64,000 bases of DNA from Camelus dromedarius (Eukaryota), in NCBI RefSeq assembly GCF_036321535.1, contig NC_087436.1, positions 117,306,001 to 117,370,000 on the forward strand, written 5' to 3'. The notes under the pieces are model-generated. The model was not told where the DNA came from. It ran no database searches and saw nothing but the letters and a program-made list of their open reading frames with translations. A program made the translations under genes and the position numbers. Numbering within the stretch: the first letter of the stretch is position 1; the number at the start of each line of letters is the position of its first letter. Shown here piece after piece: positions 24,636 through 37,990 of this stretch.

Positions 24636-25699
24636 GTGGGGGGAGAGGACAGCTTTTCTGGCTTCATCCCTCATGTGGGCGATCTTTATTTGTGGGTATG
24701 AGCCACTGGCAGGAGCATTACAAAATCTCTTCTTAAATGTGAAACCATATTTATGTCAGGAAGTGAGAGAGCATATGAGAAAGTGCCTTGTATACCAGAC
24801 GGGCTCTGGAACATAAGGAATTGCTGGTAGGTTGGAGACAGCTGGCCAAAGATTGCTCCGGCAGAAATTTTACACCACAAGCTCTGTCTCTGCCTTTCTC
24901 CATCTTTCCATTAACTCAAAAACTATGATTAGAAGCACTCAGCATGCGGTCAACCCTGGGAACACAAAGATAAGTCCAATGCAACCCTGTCACTGAAGGG
25001 AGCAAAGTCTGACGAGAAAGGCAGCAGGAGCACGATTTCAGCACCACGGGTGAGCACAGGCTTGAAGGGCAAGAGGGGGCATTACGGGAGGGCACCTAAC
25101 CTGACTTAGAGAACCAGAGAAGACTTCCTGGAGGAGGGGGCCTCTCACTGGAGGGAGCCACAGATAAGAGAAAAGACCTTGCCAGCAAAAGGCGAAGGGC
25201 CCCAACAACGTGTGACAACACAGCAAGTGGGGACCGTGCGTGCAGCTGGTGTGGCGAGAGTGCAGCGTGTTCTAGGAGGTTATGAAGGTGCAGTGAGCTT
25301 CTAAACTCAAGAAGCAAACATGCCATTTGGAGGAATAAGTACTTTGTGCAGAAGACCAGCATTTCTGAACTGTGTTTCATGAAATCCCAGGCCCTGGGGC
25401 CCCCAAGAAAGAGGGGTTCCATAGCCACAGGAGTTTGGGGAGTCCCTTCTGTTATCCCCTGTTTAACCTCGTCTAACCCATCCTTTCCCAACCACATCTA
25501 GCCGGGGGAACAGAACGCCTGTAACAGTTCCACGGGACACTAGGGGAATCTGCCGGAGACTCTGGGGGGACTTCGGATGCTCTTTGAAGCCCAAGAATGA
25601 CCAGGTCAGGCTTGTGTATTAGAAAGATGTCCAGAGCGAAGGAATTGCCCCTTCACTAGCCTGCTTCCAGATTTTCCCCAGAATGTCAGTTATTGAAAC

Positions 25700-26720
25700 A
25701 TGTTAGCCCTCAGCGCATCCTCTTTGTCCTCCCCATGTCCCTCCTTCCTCACCAGGTGCAGAGTCACTCTTCAAGGCTCAATTTGGGGGTCTCCCCCTCC
25801 AGGTTGCTTCCTCTGACCCACCCGGGGAGGTTTGATGGTCCCCAGTGTGACTCGTAGCCCGGTGAATTGTCCGACAAGGGGTGCCTGGGGCCTCCTTCCT
25901 CTCTGAACGTTCCTGCTCAGCTTTCTTTGCTGACTCCTGCTCTTCCTGCCCTTCCTGAGGGCCCACCTTCAGCCTTCATCCCATCTCACATTCAAATGCC
26001 ATCCCTGGACAGTATCTCTCATGTCCATGGTTTCGACAACCCAACCAATCAAGGACTGACAGATGACTGTCTCCTGCCAGAACCCCTTCCCAGCGGCAGA
26101 TGTAGTTCAAGTACCTGCCGGACAGCGCCCCCAGACACCCCTCAGGTGCTGCAGATCAGCGTGTCCCTTCCTTCTGTGTCACACCTGTTCCTCCTGCAGC
26201 TGCCCTGACTCGGAGAACCACGGCATCCGCCCGCCTGCCCAGGCTGCAACCCGAGAGCCACGCGGACTGTGCTCTCTTCCCCCCGCACTCAGCATCCGGG
26301 TCCTGAGGACGCTGAAAGTGTGCTTCTCTTTCCTCCCCGCCTTGCACGCTGTCCTGCCACCTGGAGCCTGGTCATCACCCTTCTGCATCATTACAACAGC
26401 TCCAGAACTGCTCCCTCTCACACCACTGTCCCCTCTGCAGCAGGACCATTCTAAAGCACAGATGTGTCCCGTAACATCCCTCTCAAAACTTCCGTGAATC
26501 CTCATTCCTGCCCCGTTGTGTGACTCACAGGGGCCTCACCCTGTGGCCTGGGCCTGCTTCCCCCACGCTCACCTCCGTGAATGCTCTGTTCTAGTCCCGC
26601 TCGCCGTTCCTGCCCCCGCTTCATTCCTTTCCCACTCTCAGATTTTGCAGATGCTGTTCCCTCTGCCTTGGATGCCTGTCCATCTATTTTACCCTGAAAA
26701 ACTCCTAGCTCTCCTCCAAG
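25700..26720 (+). mobile_element. Degraded L2 (LINE2) 3' region
   Basis: Pyrimidine-rich L2 motifs such as TTGCAGATGCTGTTCCCTCTGCCTTGGATGCC and CATTCTAAAGCACAGATGTG. Confidence 0.55.
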
Positions 26721-29700
26721 TCTCACCTCAAGGGCCACCTGTCCTTGGCAGCCCACCACCCCCGGGGCAGATTGGAGGCTTTTTCTCCCAGACCCCATAG
26801 CCCTGCTGAGCCTCAGTCTCCTCACGTGCAAAACCACAATCCCCACAGCAGCCATCAACTCATTAAGTGCCTTAGGTGTCAAAAGAGTTCTGCCCCATGC
26901 CCCAGAGTGGCTGCCGTGATCCCCTCTCGAGCTGACCGAGCCCCGTCCCTCAGCAGGGCACCACCCGTCGCCCTGAAGGCTGCGCGGCTCCCACTGTGGC
27001 TGATACAGGCAAAGCACCACCAAAAGCCCCAAACCTGTGCTGTAAAGTTTGAATGTGATCAAAGGCTCCTGAAAGACAAGCGTGTAATATGCCAACTGCC
27101 AAGACACCAGGGTGGACTGGCGCTGGCCCCAGGGTGCCAAAAACCTCATCAAAATGGAAATAGGTTTTCGGAGAAAAATCTGGCCTGCAGTAGAGGGAAG
27201 CTGTGCAGAGCTGCCAGAAGAGGAGTGAGCAGAGGCCCAAAAGTCCAGCCCAGACACTGATGGGCAGCTTCCTCCTGGCCGAAGACAGAGCCATGAAGCC
27301 AGGGCACATCCCAGAGACATCCACCATGGCTTGGAGCTGACCCGGCTGCCAGAGGGCAGGGTGTAGCGGGATGGGAGAGGAAAGGAGTGAGGCCTGGAGC
27401 AGACTAACTGAGGGGCTCACAGAGACCCACAGCATCCAACCTCGCTCACGGGGTAAGGGTGCGCTGTAATGATTTCAGCCCAGAGCCTAGAGAATAACAA
27501 GAAACACACACATGACCAGCCTTTCTGCAGATCTCCTTAGAGAAACTGCCCTGGCCGCTGGCAGCTGGCCTTGGATTTGGGTGATTGATGTTGGATTCTG
27601 GCCAAATCTTCCATCAAACCTCAGGTTGATTTGGGGCAACCTGGCACCTGCACCCCAGCGATGCCAGCACGATTCCTCCAGGTCAATGCTGGTTATTTGA
27701 GCTTGTGGAGTCTTTGGGAGGCAGCCATCACGCACAGATGCTCTGCCCGGATTGCAAGGCAGCAAGGGGCCCTGTGCCTGCTGTTGAAGAGCTAGTCCAG
27801 TGGGGGAGAAAGCTGAGTAGACAAGGAGGGTGTGTGACAAATGTCAGGACAGGATGTGGACTGTAATGTGGGGCAGCTGACCCAGTATTAGCAGGGAAGG
27901 TGATGGAGTCAGGGATGGCTTCCTGGAGGAGAAGACACCTCAGCTAAACCTTGAAGGAGTACAGGAATCTGTAAGGTGGAGAAAGGAGAACGAGCATTCT
28001 GGAAGTAGGATCGGCAGAGGCGTGGGAATGTGAAACAGCATGGTGTGTCCTTCTCGCTTCGATACGGCTGCAGCCCCGAGGAGAGCAGGAGTGGCAGGTG
28101 ACCAAGGCCAGAGGGCTACAGGGGCCAAAGGCATCGGGGAGAGGACCTCACCTGAACTTGTCCCTTGTGAAGGAGCTGCCTCCTTTTTTCCAGAGTCATG
28201 ATATTTCTCCGCTCTGTCCACACACCAAAAGGCTGGGTGCCAATTAGAGCTGGGATTATTCTATGAAACAGGGTCACTTTTTTGGAGCCCAGACCCCAGC
28301 TCTGAAGCCCAGACTGCACATAAACACCTGCCCAAACTAGGCAGGTGGACGTCATCAGGTAAAGGTGCGTCCTGGGAAGGCGGCTCAGGAAGAAATCAAT
28401 GAACTTGGTCTCTTCCAGTTTTTAAGAGTCTTAAAAGCCCATCAGATGCTTCTCTGGCCACTACAAGCATCTCCCAAAAGGCTATTTTGAATCAAGTGCA
28501 TCCTCTTCAGTGGCTCTCACCTGCCCTGGGATCCAGGTGGCAAAGTGCCATTTTTCCATCTTTCAAGAGAAGTATCATGAAGGGACGAGAAAGCCCGTTC
28601 TCCCAGGTCACCGTGAGGCTAAGCCCACTACATCGTAACTTCTTCAAAGCTTTGTCTCAACCCAGAAGCATTCTGTGCTGGTGACTATTGTAGCCACAGG
28701 ATCTAACATTCACCAGCACATAGGAGGTGTCTAATAAGTGTATCATTCATTCATTTATCAAACAAGTATTTATTGGGAGCCTGCCTGCTCCAGCTGTCAG
28801 CTGGGTTCTGGGCACTAAGGACACCACAGGTAAAGCAGAGTCAAGAGCGCTGCCCTCCCCGCACTGATGTCCTGTGGGCCAGGCAGACTGCAGATGTGTA
28901 ATTTAATATCAAGTAGTAACAAGCGCTACTAAAAGTATCTGATGAGAGTGAGGGTTCCGAGGGCGATGGAGAGCGTCTCTGGCAGGCAGGCAGGCAGGCA
29001 ATGACTTCCCCAGTGTCTCTTGATGGACAGTGAATTGCTCTTTTAGTGATAATGAGATCTCAGGCTGGGACTGGATCCTGACTTTGCTGTTTATTGGCTA
29101 TGGGGTCGTGGGAAAGGGGCAGAAATTTTTTGAGCCTTAGTTTTCTCATCTGTAAAATGAGGAGAATGTTGCCTATTTTCATGGTTGTTTTGAAGGTTAC
29201 AGTAGATTCTGTATAGAAAGTGCTTAGCATATTTCTTGGCAGAGCCTCAATCAGTCAGCAACAATATTACTAGACGATGTAGCAAAATCACAAACACAAA
29301 GCCCAGGACGCCGTCGTCATCGCCGTGCTGTCATCGCAATCCCAGTAGCTCACAGAGTGTGCCAGCCTACTCTAAGCACTTTCCGTGAACTTGTATTTAA
29401 TCCTCAAATAACCCAACTACTATTAATCTCACCTTATAAACAGACAGAATTGGAGGGATTGAAACATACAGAGGATCAGTGGTTCTCCAGATCAAACAGC
29501 AAGACAGCGCCAAGCCAGGCCCAGTGTCCAGGTCTCCTTCCCTCCTTCCATCATACACTCTAAGCAAGTCTCATCTCCTCTGGCTCCACATACCTGAAAT
29601 GGCTTTGTGACATGTTCCTGCAGCCTGGTGTCTACAAGGATTCCTGAAGAAGTTGTTTGAGCTCCTCCATAAAAGGTCCTGTGATCGACCTCCTCTGGGA

Positions 29701-30146
29701 AACCTGAGTGAGGCAAGACCAGGGAGCTCCCCTTACTGCCCACCCACTGGGGGAGACGCATTGCTGCAGAGCATCACAACTGCCCCAAGAGGAGAAAGTC
29801 CTCTCCCATCCTCCACGCACGTGCCTCCCTCAGAGCCCTTCTCTCCCAGGTGTGGCGCTGGCTGTCCCCGAACACGCTCAGGAAGGCACACCCCAGTTAG
29901 CAAGTGCCTCCCAAGCCTCTATCTGTGTCACATCTGAGGACGCATTCCCAGTGATCCCCAAGTTGGGCACATAGACTGGTGCTGAATGAGGTCCCACTGT
30001 CCCCTAGTTCTGTTGTTGTTTTTCATCAGCTCCTCCTTGGAATGTGTGAGTGTTTGCATCTGTGACAGGAGGAGGAGCTGTGTTTTTTTATTGTAGCACC
30101 ATGAGAATGAGGCCCACAGACCTCCAACTACAAAAAGTGCCATGAC

Positions 30147-30295
30147 TGTAGAGTTTTCTAGGTGTGCTGGGCGGCTCCAACAGCAGGAGTTTGTTGTCTG
30201 ACAGTTCTGGAGGCTGTAAGCCCAACATCAAGGTATTAGCAGGGTTGGTTTCTTCTTGAGGACTCTCTCCTTGGCTTGTGGAGGGCTGCCTTTTG
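30147..30295 (-). mobile_element. MLT1A-like LTR fragment
   Basis: ACAGTTCTGGAGGCTGTAAGCCCAACATCAAGGTATTAGCAGGGTTGGTTTCTTCT..GAGG. Confidence 0.65.
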
Positions 30296-32366
30296 AGAGT
30301 TCACCGGAGCCACCACTCAGGGGAGCTTAGGGGCAGCAGACTTCTGTGGGAGGGAGCGCAGAAAGCATCTCTGCAGAGCAATTCACTGAAGACTGAGAAC
30401 CCACCAAAGCACGGGTGTCCTGGAGATCATGGGGTGAATCTACCTTTCCCTCAGTCCTTGACCCCTCCCGCCAGCATCTTCTGTCCCTAGAGGAACAGGG
30501 GCTCCCATATGATACTGCCTGTTCTGTGTCCACAAAAAACCAAAATGAGTCACACTGAGAAGCAGGGAACGTGGAAGTCTGTTATTCTGCAGCAGCGTGA
30601 AGCTAGTTGAAGCAATGTGCGGTGATGGGAAGAGGACAGTCACTCTGGCACAAACTCTTTTACTCCAGCATCACTGGAGCAACTCCCATAAGCCATCGAC
30701 TTATACATTCGTCTCTAACCATCACCGAACAGGTATTACTCTCCCTTCTTTCCAGAAAAGCAAACTCAAGCCCAGAAACACTGGTAACTAACTCAAAAGC
30801 ATACCCATTATAAGTGACTAAGCCTGAATTAGGACCGGAGACTCAGATTTCCAAACCCCCCACCTTCTTCCTAACTATCTGACTTCAACAACTTAGTGAA
30901 GTTTTTTGATCTTCTAGTTTTTTCCTCTGTAACATGGGGTAGTCCGACTAGAAAACCTCTAAGGGGCCTTTTATCTCTGGGGTTCTTTGTGTCTCAAAGA
31001 TGAGAGTCATGAAACTCCTTTGCTGTTCGCACTTGCCAATTCACAAGCCTGTTCATTAAGTCTTATCACTGCAGCCAGAAGCCTTACACGAAATGGAGAG
31101 ATTGACGGCCTTGGGGGAGGGGAGGCAAACAGCTCTCTTTACACAATGATCCCCACTGTGATTTGGTTATAAATAACCCACGAGGAAAATTAGGCTTCTC
31201 TGGCAGGCCCTGATTGTAGTGGATGTTGGGATACAGGACCATGACTGTGCAGTTGACCGGGGAGTTACCACTTACGATTTGTCTGGGCTAAGGTGCTCTG
31301 CACCAGTGGAGTATTTGGGTTAAGGGCTAAAGTCAGCTGATAGAGCACAATGAACATCGAGGTCACTTCTCAGAAAAGAAAACACAAGGGCATTCTGTCC
31401 CAGTGTTTACTGAGATGCCCAAGAAAGCTCCCCTCTGTGCCTGTACCCCTGAGAGACTCTGGTGTTTTTTTGCACCAGACCCATTCCAGCTAAAATCCCT
31501 CCAAAGGACCAGAGAGCAGATAGGGACAAAAATAAATCTCACCTGCTCTCTTCCCGATGGACTCTGCAGCCTCTCTGGGTATCCAGCCATTCACTCACTC
31601 ATTCCACACTCTGTTATTCAGCCCCTCCTCCATGCCAGGCACCGGCCGGAGCTCTGGAGACTGTGCAGATGAAAATGGAGAACAGGGGCTTTCTGTGAGC
31701 AGCAATCACCTGGGATATATATATTGCCCCAAGGACACCGGGAGGGCGCCTTTGGCTTGAGAATGGGCTTAGCATCCCAAGGCAAAGCAGAAAGCAGCTT
31801 CTGGACAGCTCACTGGATTGGCAGTTGTTAACGAGAGTCTGCTCTTCAAATGGTTGAAGTCACTAGTCCAGCTGGGAAGGGCTGGGCTTAACGGATGTGT
31901 CTGCCAGAGCTCGCGTGCATGCGGACCAGGGATCAGACTCCTGCCAGGACTGAGAGTCTCCATAAGACTATCTTACTCCTAATGTCCCTGACTTCACACT
32001 TGAGTCTGGAGCTGTCAGGCAAAGATCAGAGCCTTGGGACGGTCACCAGGGTTGGGTTCCAGGCTCAGCCACTTTCTACCTGTGGAAAAAAAGGAACTGA
32101 CTTAACCTGTCCGAGTCTCAGTTTCCTTATATGTAAAATGAATATAGTGATATCTGGTGTATGGAGCTTATGAGAACTAAAATCATTCTTGCCAGGTAAG
32201 TTCTCCTAGGGACTTCCTCGTAGCCTCCTGTCCACTCCTGTCCTTGTAGTTGCCACAGAGAGGGGAGAGTGCCCTGGAGGGCAGTCACTGTCTGATCCAC
32301 CTCTGAATCCCTGTGTAAGAACATTTCCTGGGAGCTATTAGGCACTCAAGAAATATTTAATAATAC

Positions 32367-32769
32367 TGTAGGAGATCATGTTACTGTATTATTGTTCAGC
32401 AGATGTTTGCCCCACCTCCTGTGAGAGTGATGTACTTCACCATCCCACTGCGGGTGAGCCTGGATGTGTGACCTGGCTTTGGCCAGTGGAATGTGAGTCA
32501 ACTTAGAGAATGCACATCCAGCAGAGACATTAAATGAGACATGCCTCAGATAGCTCAGATGCCTTTCCTGGCTCCTCTGAGAGCCAAATGAAGCTGATGT
32601 GAACCCAACTTACAGCCTAGACTTAGACCCATCTGGAATCTAGTCAAACCCATTAGAGTCCCGTAGAGCCATAGCTTACCTCTGAATATAAGAAGTAACT
32701 GTTGTTAGCACTGAGATTTTAAGGATTGTTTGTTAAGTGGCATTATGGCAATAGAGCCTGACTAATACA
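32367..32769 (+). mobile_element. MaLR solo LTR (MLT1I/J-like)
   Basis: TGTAG start; TGTGACCTGGCTTTGGCCAGTGGAATGTGAG; ends TGACTAATACA. Confidence 0.7.
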
Positions 32770-33010
32770 TTATATAAAGTTAATTCAGTACTAACAATGT
32801 GCCAGGTATTGTTCTAAGTACTTTATATAAAGTATCTCCTCTAATCTTTATAGCATTGCAATGGGATATAATTATCCCCATTCAACAGATTGGGAAACTG
32901 AGACACAAGTTATCCCCAAGGTCACATAGCTATTATGTGGGAGAGAAGGGATTCCAAACTAGCAACCTGACTCCAGAGCCTAAGTGGCACAGCTCCTGCT
33001 GTACTGCCTC
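32770..33010 (-). mobile_element. MIR SINE
   Basis: CCCCATT..ACAGAT..GGAAACTGAGACAC..CCCAAGGTCACATAGCT core. Confidence 0.75.
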
Positions 33011-33159
33011 CTGTCATGAGTCAGTCAGTGAACTAATATAATAAATTAATCTATCTGTCCATCAGCCTGGGGCTACGCCCTGTGCAGTTGCAGCTACGCT
33101 GCCCTTCCCACACAGAGGCATCAGATGTTCTTGCATGGTATGACATGGTCTCTTGTGAT

Positions 33160-33622
33160 CTTAACCTCCAACATGACATGAGCAATAGGATACATATATC
33201 TATATATTTCTTAAAAGTCATTTTTATAAGGAATTGTTTCATGTAATTATGGAGGTTGAAAAGCCCCAAGATCTGCAGGTGACAAGCTAGAGACAGGCAT
33301 GAGACCAAAGAAGAACCAGTGTTTCATCCCGAGTCTGAAGGCAAAAAAAAAAAAAAAAGAAAGAAAGAAAAATAAAAAAAGAGAACAATGCCTCAGCTCA
33401 GCAGCTTGTCAGCCAGGAGTCCCTCTTATTGGGACCTTTTGTTGCTCAGGTCTTCAACTGATTGGGCAAGACCCACCCACACTCAGGAGGGCAATCTGTT
33501 TTACTTAGTCCACTGTTACTCTCATCCAGAAACACCCCCACAGACACACCCACAATAATGTTTGACCAAATCTCTAGACACCCAAGGCCCAGTCAAGTTG
33601 ACACATCAAATTAACTACCACA
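33160..33622 (-). mobile_element. MLT2-type solo LTR (ERV-L)
   Basis: TATAAGGAATTG..ATGGAGGTTGA..., GGAGGGCAATCTG, CAAGTTGACACATCAAATTAACTACCACA. Confidence 0.8.
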
Positions 33623-33629
33623 GAGACAA

Positions 33630-34300
33630 GAGAAAACATACAAGAATTTTCATAACAGTTTTTTCATAGGAGCCAAAAAGTGAAAATAACTCAACTGTAT
33701 ATAAACATAAAATGGACAAACTGGCTGTTCACATAATTGAATTCTACTCAGCATTAAAAAGGCACAAGCTTCTGACATGTGGATAAATCTCAAAAACATA
33801 TGTTGACTAAAATCATCTCCTTACTAGATGATTCCAGTGCTATGAAATTCTAGGGGGAAAACGTATCCTAGTGGCAAAAAAAAGCAGGGGTTGCTTCCCG
33901 GGGCGTGGGGTAAGGATTGTCTTAGAAGGCACAGGAGGGAAGTTTCTGGGATGACTATGATGTTCCAGGTATATGTTTTTCAAAACTCAGGAAATACAAA
34001 CTTTATACATATGTGTGTGTGTGTTTATTTCATTGTATATAAATTTTCTATCAAAGGAAAAATTGTAAACAAATATTAAACTCTAGTTAATAATAAGCAT
34101 GCTGAAGAATTTAGATAGACCTCTACTTAGTCTGCAATTTACTTTAAAATCCATCAGAATTAGATGGATTAATGGACAGATCGAGGGATAGATAAATGAA
34201 TAGATACGTTCATACAGGAAGCAAGGATAAGACTATGTTAATGGTAAAGTGAGGTTGTGGTTATCAGGTATTCACTGTAACATTTTTTTCAACTTTGGAA
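33630..34300 (+). mobile_element. Ancient L1 (L1MC/ME) 3' region
   Basis: GAATTCTACTCAGCATTAAAAAGG, TGGATAAATCTCAAAAACAT, GGGAAGTTTCTGGGATGA motifs. Confidence 0.65.
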
Positions 34301-34719
34301 GGGGACAAGCATTAAGCAGAAAATAGACGCCGATTAAATATTTGTTGAATGAATAAATGAGTAAGTCACTTGAAAACAAAACTCATCTAGACAGCAGGAA
34401 CTGTTCACAATATTTTAAGTAAGAGGGGAAAAAAATTACCAGAATGTGAGAACAATAAGATACTTCTTTACTTGAGAAAAGATTAAAAATGTGTGAAGGT
34501 GTGTATATATAAGCAAACATGTGTGAAAATACAATATTGAAATCATACACAGTAAAGTATTAATAGCAGTTAATTTTGCGGGGTGGAAATGTGAAACATT
34601 TTGTTTTTGAGGCTTTCTGTATTTTTCAATCGTGTCATTGAACATGTACTCTTTATACAACTTGGAAAAAACAACACATATTATATGAAACCATTATATA
34701 AAAGATTATTTAATGGTCT

Positions 34720-35175
34720 ATTTTTTTATTGTGGTCAAATACATGTAAGATAAAATTTGCCATTGTGACCATTTTTAAGTGTACAATGGGTGGCATTAAG
34801 TGCACTGACATTGGTGTAGAGCCGTCACCCCATCCATCCCCAGAGCGTCTTCCCAACCTGAAACTCTGTCCCCATGAAACACTCACTTCCCGTATCCCTC
34901 TTCCCCCAGCTCATGGTAACCACATTCTGCTTTCTGTAACTATGAATTTGACAGCTCAAGGTACCTCATCTAAGTGGAAGCCTACAATTTTGTCCTTTTA
35001 TGATTGGCTTATTTACTTTAGCATAATATCCTCAAGTTTCATGCATGCTGTATCATGAGTCAGCATTTCCTTCCCCTACATAAGGCTGAATAATAAATAC
35101 TTCATTGCATGGATGGACCAACTTTCGTTCATCTACTCATTCACTGATGGACACCAGGTACTGCCACTTTTTGAT
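34720..35175 (-). mobile_element. L1MA/MB 3' end
   Basis: TTTTTATTGTGGT.AAATA..ATAAAATTTGCCATT..ACCATTTTTAAGTGTACA; TGGCTTATTTACTTTAGCATAAT. Confidence 0.8.
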
Positions 35176-35949
35176 AGCCTGCCTCTTTAACATAACATTT
35201 TGTGAACATTTTCCCATGTTCCATAGGGACTGGTGGGAGATGGGTAAGGGAGCTTCAAGGAGCTAGGCATGCCTGTGGGGTAGCCAATCCACAGTGTCTG
35301 CCCCTGCCCACCCGGGGAACTGGAAGAACAAGGCAATGGGGCAGAGAGAGGAGTTCCAGCTGAAGTTCATGTATATATAATTTAGAAGAAAGGTAATTGA
35401 AGGGACAGCTGGAATACAGAGACAGATTTTTTAATTGCTGTTTCCTCTAGCTAAAAATACTTTGACATAATAGGGGAAGGTAGCGACCAAGGCACAGGGG
35501 AAGAAGTCCGCAGTGCAGATTGGAAGCTGATATGAATTTAGATCCTCCAAGCTGGGTGTCGGGGCACAAATCAGAGTGAAGTAACCAGCAGGGGTGACAC
35601 CTGTGGTCCCTGCCTGAGCTCTCATATTGACTACTGTTTGGTTTATAACATTAGACTCTAAAATGCTCTGGCGCAGTACGGCCTGGGGTTAGGTCTATGA
35701 CGATAGAGAGGCAACCCTCCGACCAAAACAGATGTGCCAGGCTGTCCCAGCCACACTAAAGGGACAGCCTGTGCACAGGAACAGGAGGTTCTAGCTCAGC
35801 CACTGCCAGTGTGTGACAAGGCTCTCTCTGAGCTTCAAATTACCCACCTGTGAAAGCCTGCTCGTAAGGATAGAGTAAGGATATGTGAGCTCGTGTGTAG
35901 AAAGCCCAAAGCACAGTACCTGGGCACCAGTGCTCAGTAATGATCACTG

Positions 35950-36125
35950 ACATCACCATCACCATCACCATCACCATCACCACCACCACGATCATCTTTA
36001 CCACCATCACAGCATCACCGTCATCATTACCATCATCACCACCACCATCAACTTCACTATCACGTGTGGCATCACTCTCATCATGACCGCCGCCATCATC
36101 AACATCACTATCACCATTATTATTA
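35950..36125. repeat. Degenerate (CAT/CAC)n low-complexity tract at a MIR tail
   Basis: Direct reading. Confidence 0.85.
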
Positions 36126-36507
36126 ATCCCCATCCTCTGAAAGATGGCAGCTGAGTCTGTAATCAGTCACTGAGCCCCTGCCAGCCCAAGATGTCTGGAC
36201 TTTGTTCTGTAATCAGCCTAAGGGAGCCACTAAGAGTCATTCAGCAGGAGAGTGTACAGTGATCAGAATTCTACTTTTGGCAGATAGATTGGGCAAGGTG
36301 TATGGAAGGTGGGATAAAGGAGTGGGAATTTGGCACTTTTATTGTAATGGGGGCAAAGGGGGGAGGGCCAGGGTGAGCACAGGGCAAATGGAAACCAACA
36401 TTCCTGTGGCCCTGCCCCCAAAGGAGCCCAGTCCTTGGCATCAGAAGGTGGTGGCAGAACTTGATTTCTGGGAGAGGAGCCCACCTTCTGAAACCCTTTT
36501 AAGCAAC

Positions 36508-37032
36508 TACATTAGTTTTCTGTTGCAGCTACAGCAAATTACCACAAACTCAGTGGTTTAAAACAACAGAAATTCATTCTCTCACAGTTCTGGAGGCAAG
36601 AAAGCCGAAATCAGTTTCACTGGGCTAAGATCGTGCTGTCAGCAAGAGCAGGGCCCTCTGCAGAGAATCTAGGGGAGAGCTTGTTCCCTGCCCCTCCCAG
36701 CTGCTGGCGGCTGCTGGCTTCCCTTGGCTCACGGCCCCTTCCTCCGTCTTCAAAGCTGCAGCCGAGCGTCTCCCGGTCCTTCTCTGCAGATGTTCTCACA
36801 TTATCTTCTCCTCTGTGTAGCATCTCTCTCTGCCTCTCTCTTATAAAGAGCCTTGTGATTACATTGGGCCCGTTTGGATAATCCAGGATAATCTCCCCTT
36901 CTCAAGATCTCAACTTAATTACATATTTCATCCTATAAGGTAATGTTCATCGTTTTGCCATATAAGGTAAACTTCCCAGGTTCTGAGAATTGGGATGTGG
37001 ACATCTTTGGGACCCACATTTAACCTGTCACA
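36508..37032 (-). mobile_element. MaLR solo LTR (MLT1C/D-like)
   Basis: AAATTACCACAAACTCAGTGGTTTAAAACAACAGAAATT..CACAGTTCTGGAGG; GGATAATCCAGGATAATCTCCCC; 5-bp TSD GCAAC/GCAGC. Confidence 0.85.
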
Positions 37033-37990
37033 GCAGCCCAAGCTTAGTTTGGTGGCTGTCCCCTCCATACCACCACTGTATCTTTCTGTCTATTCAATCC
37101 TACAGCCCAGTAACCACGCCTCATGAGCTCTCCATCACCTCGCCCCATGCCAGTAAAACTGGCAAAGGGGAAAGTCTCCCAGCTCCCCGATTCTTACTTT
37201 TCTATTCCATCCTTTACATACCTTCCCCAATTTTTCTGCTAACGTGGAATTCTGATCACTGTACACCCTCCTGCCAAAGGACTCTCAGGGGGTCCCCACT
37301 CCCACTACAGAGCACAGCCCTGACTTCTCAGACTGGCACTCGGAGCCCACCATGATTCAGATCCCTTTGCCTTCCTAGTCTGCCTTCATCCACGTACCTC
37401 ACAATCCAGGCAGATTGACCTCCTTGATGACTCTGTTGACAACCGAACCCAGAGGCATGTGGGGGTCAGAGTTTCAGAATCAGAGGAAAATCATCTAATT
37501 CAGGTGAAGACAAGAAACAGAGCTGCAGGATAAAGCTGGGGTCAGTTACCCAGATTTCCAGTTGGGTACCCTAAGAGACCAAAGATGATGAAAGCGACAA
37601 AGAGGAAGAGGGAAGAGGAAGAGAGGAGATAGAACAAGAGAAAGACATCTTTGAGCCTCTATCTAGATCCCATCACTCCTGGCCTTTGCAGTTACAAAAG
37701 CCAATAAACTACCCTTCTGCTAACACGTGTCTGAGTTGAGTTTCAGTTGTTACCTGCAACTCTTAAGCTTTACATAGAGCAGGGAATAAACAAGGCTTAG
37801 CGGTGGCATGAGAACAGGAAGGTGGACCGCCCATTTGGGCAGGCAGCACAGAAAAGGGCTGCACAGAAGAGAGGATGCTCCAGCTGGAGGGTGAAACAGA
37901 GTCCACCAGCATTCTCTGGTGGAACAGGATTCCTAATAGAGAGAACAGGATGTGCAAAGGCCCAGAGGCTAGAAGCTTTGTGTGTGGAAT

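Noticed and set aside
26502..27320. 272-aa - strand ORF and neighbouring 140-180-aa ORFs
   Set aside because: They overlap GC-shifted L2 remnants, have no recognisable domain or splice structure, and are expected by chance in GC-rich DNA.
35840..36133. Asp/Gly/Val/Met-rich 97-aa ORF
   Set aside because: Translation of a degenerate (CAT)n tract.
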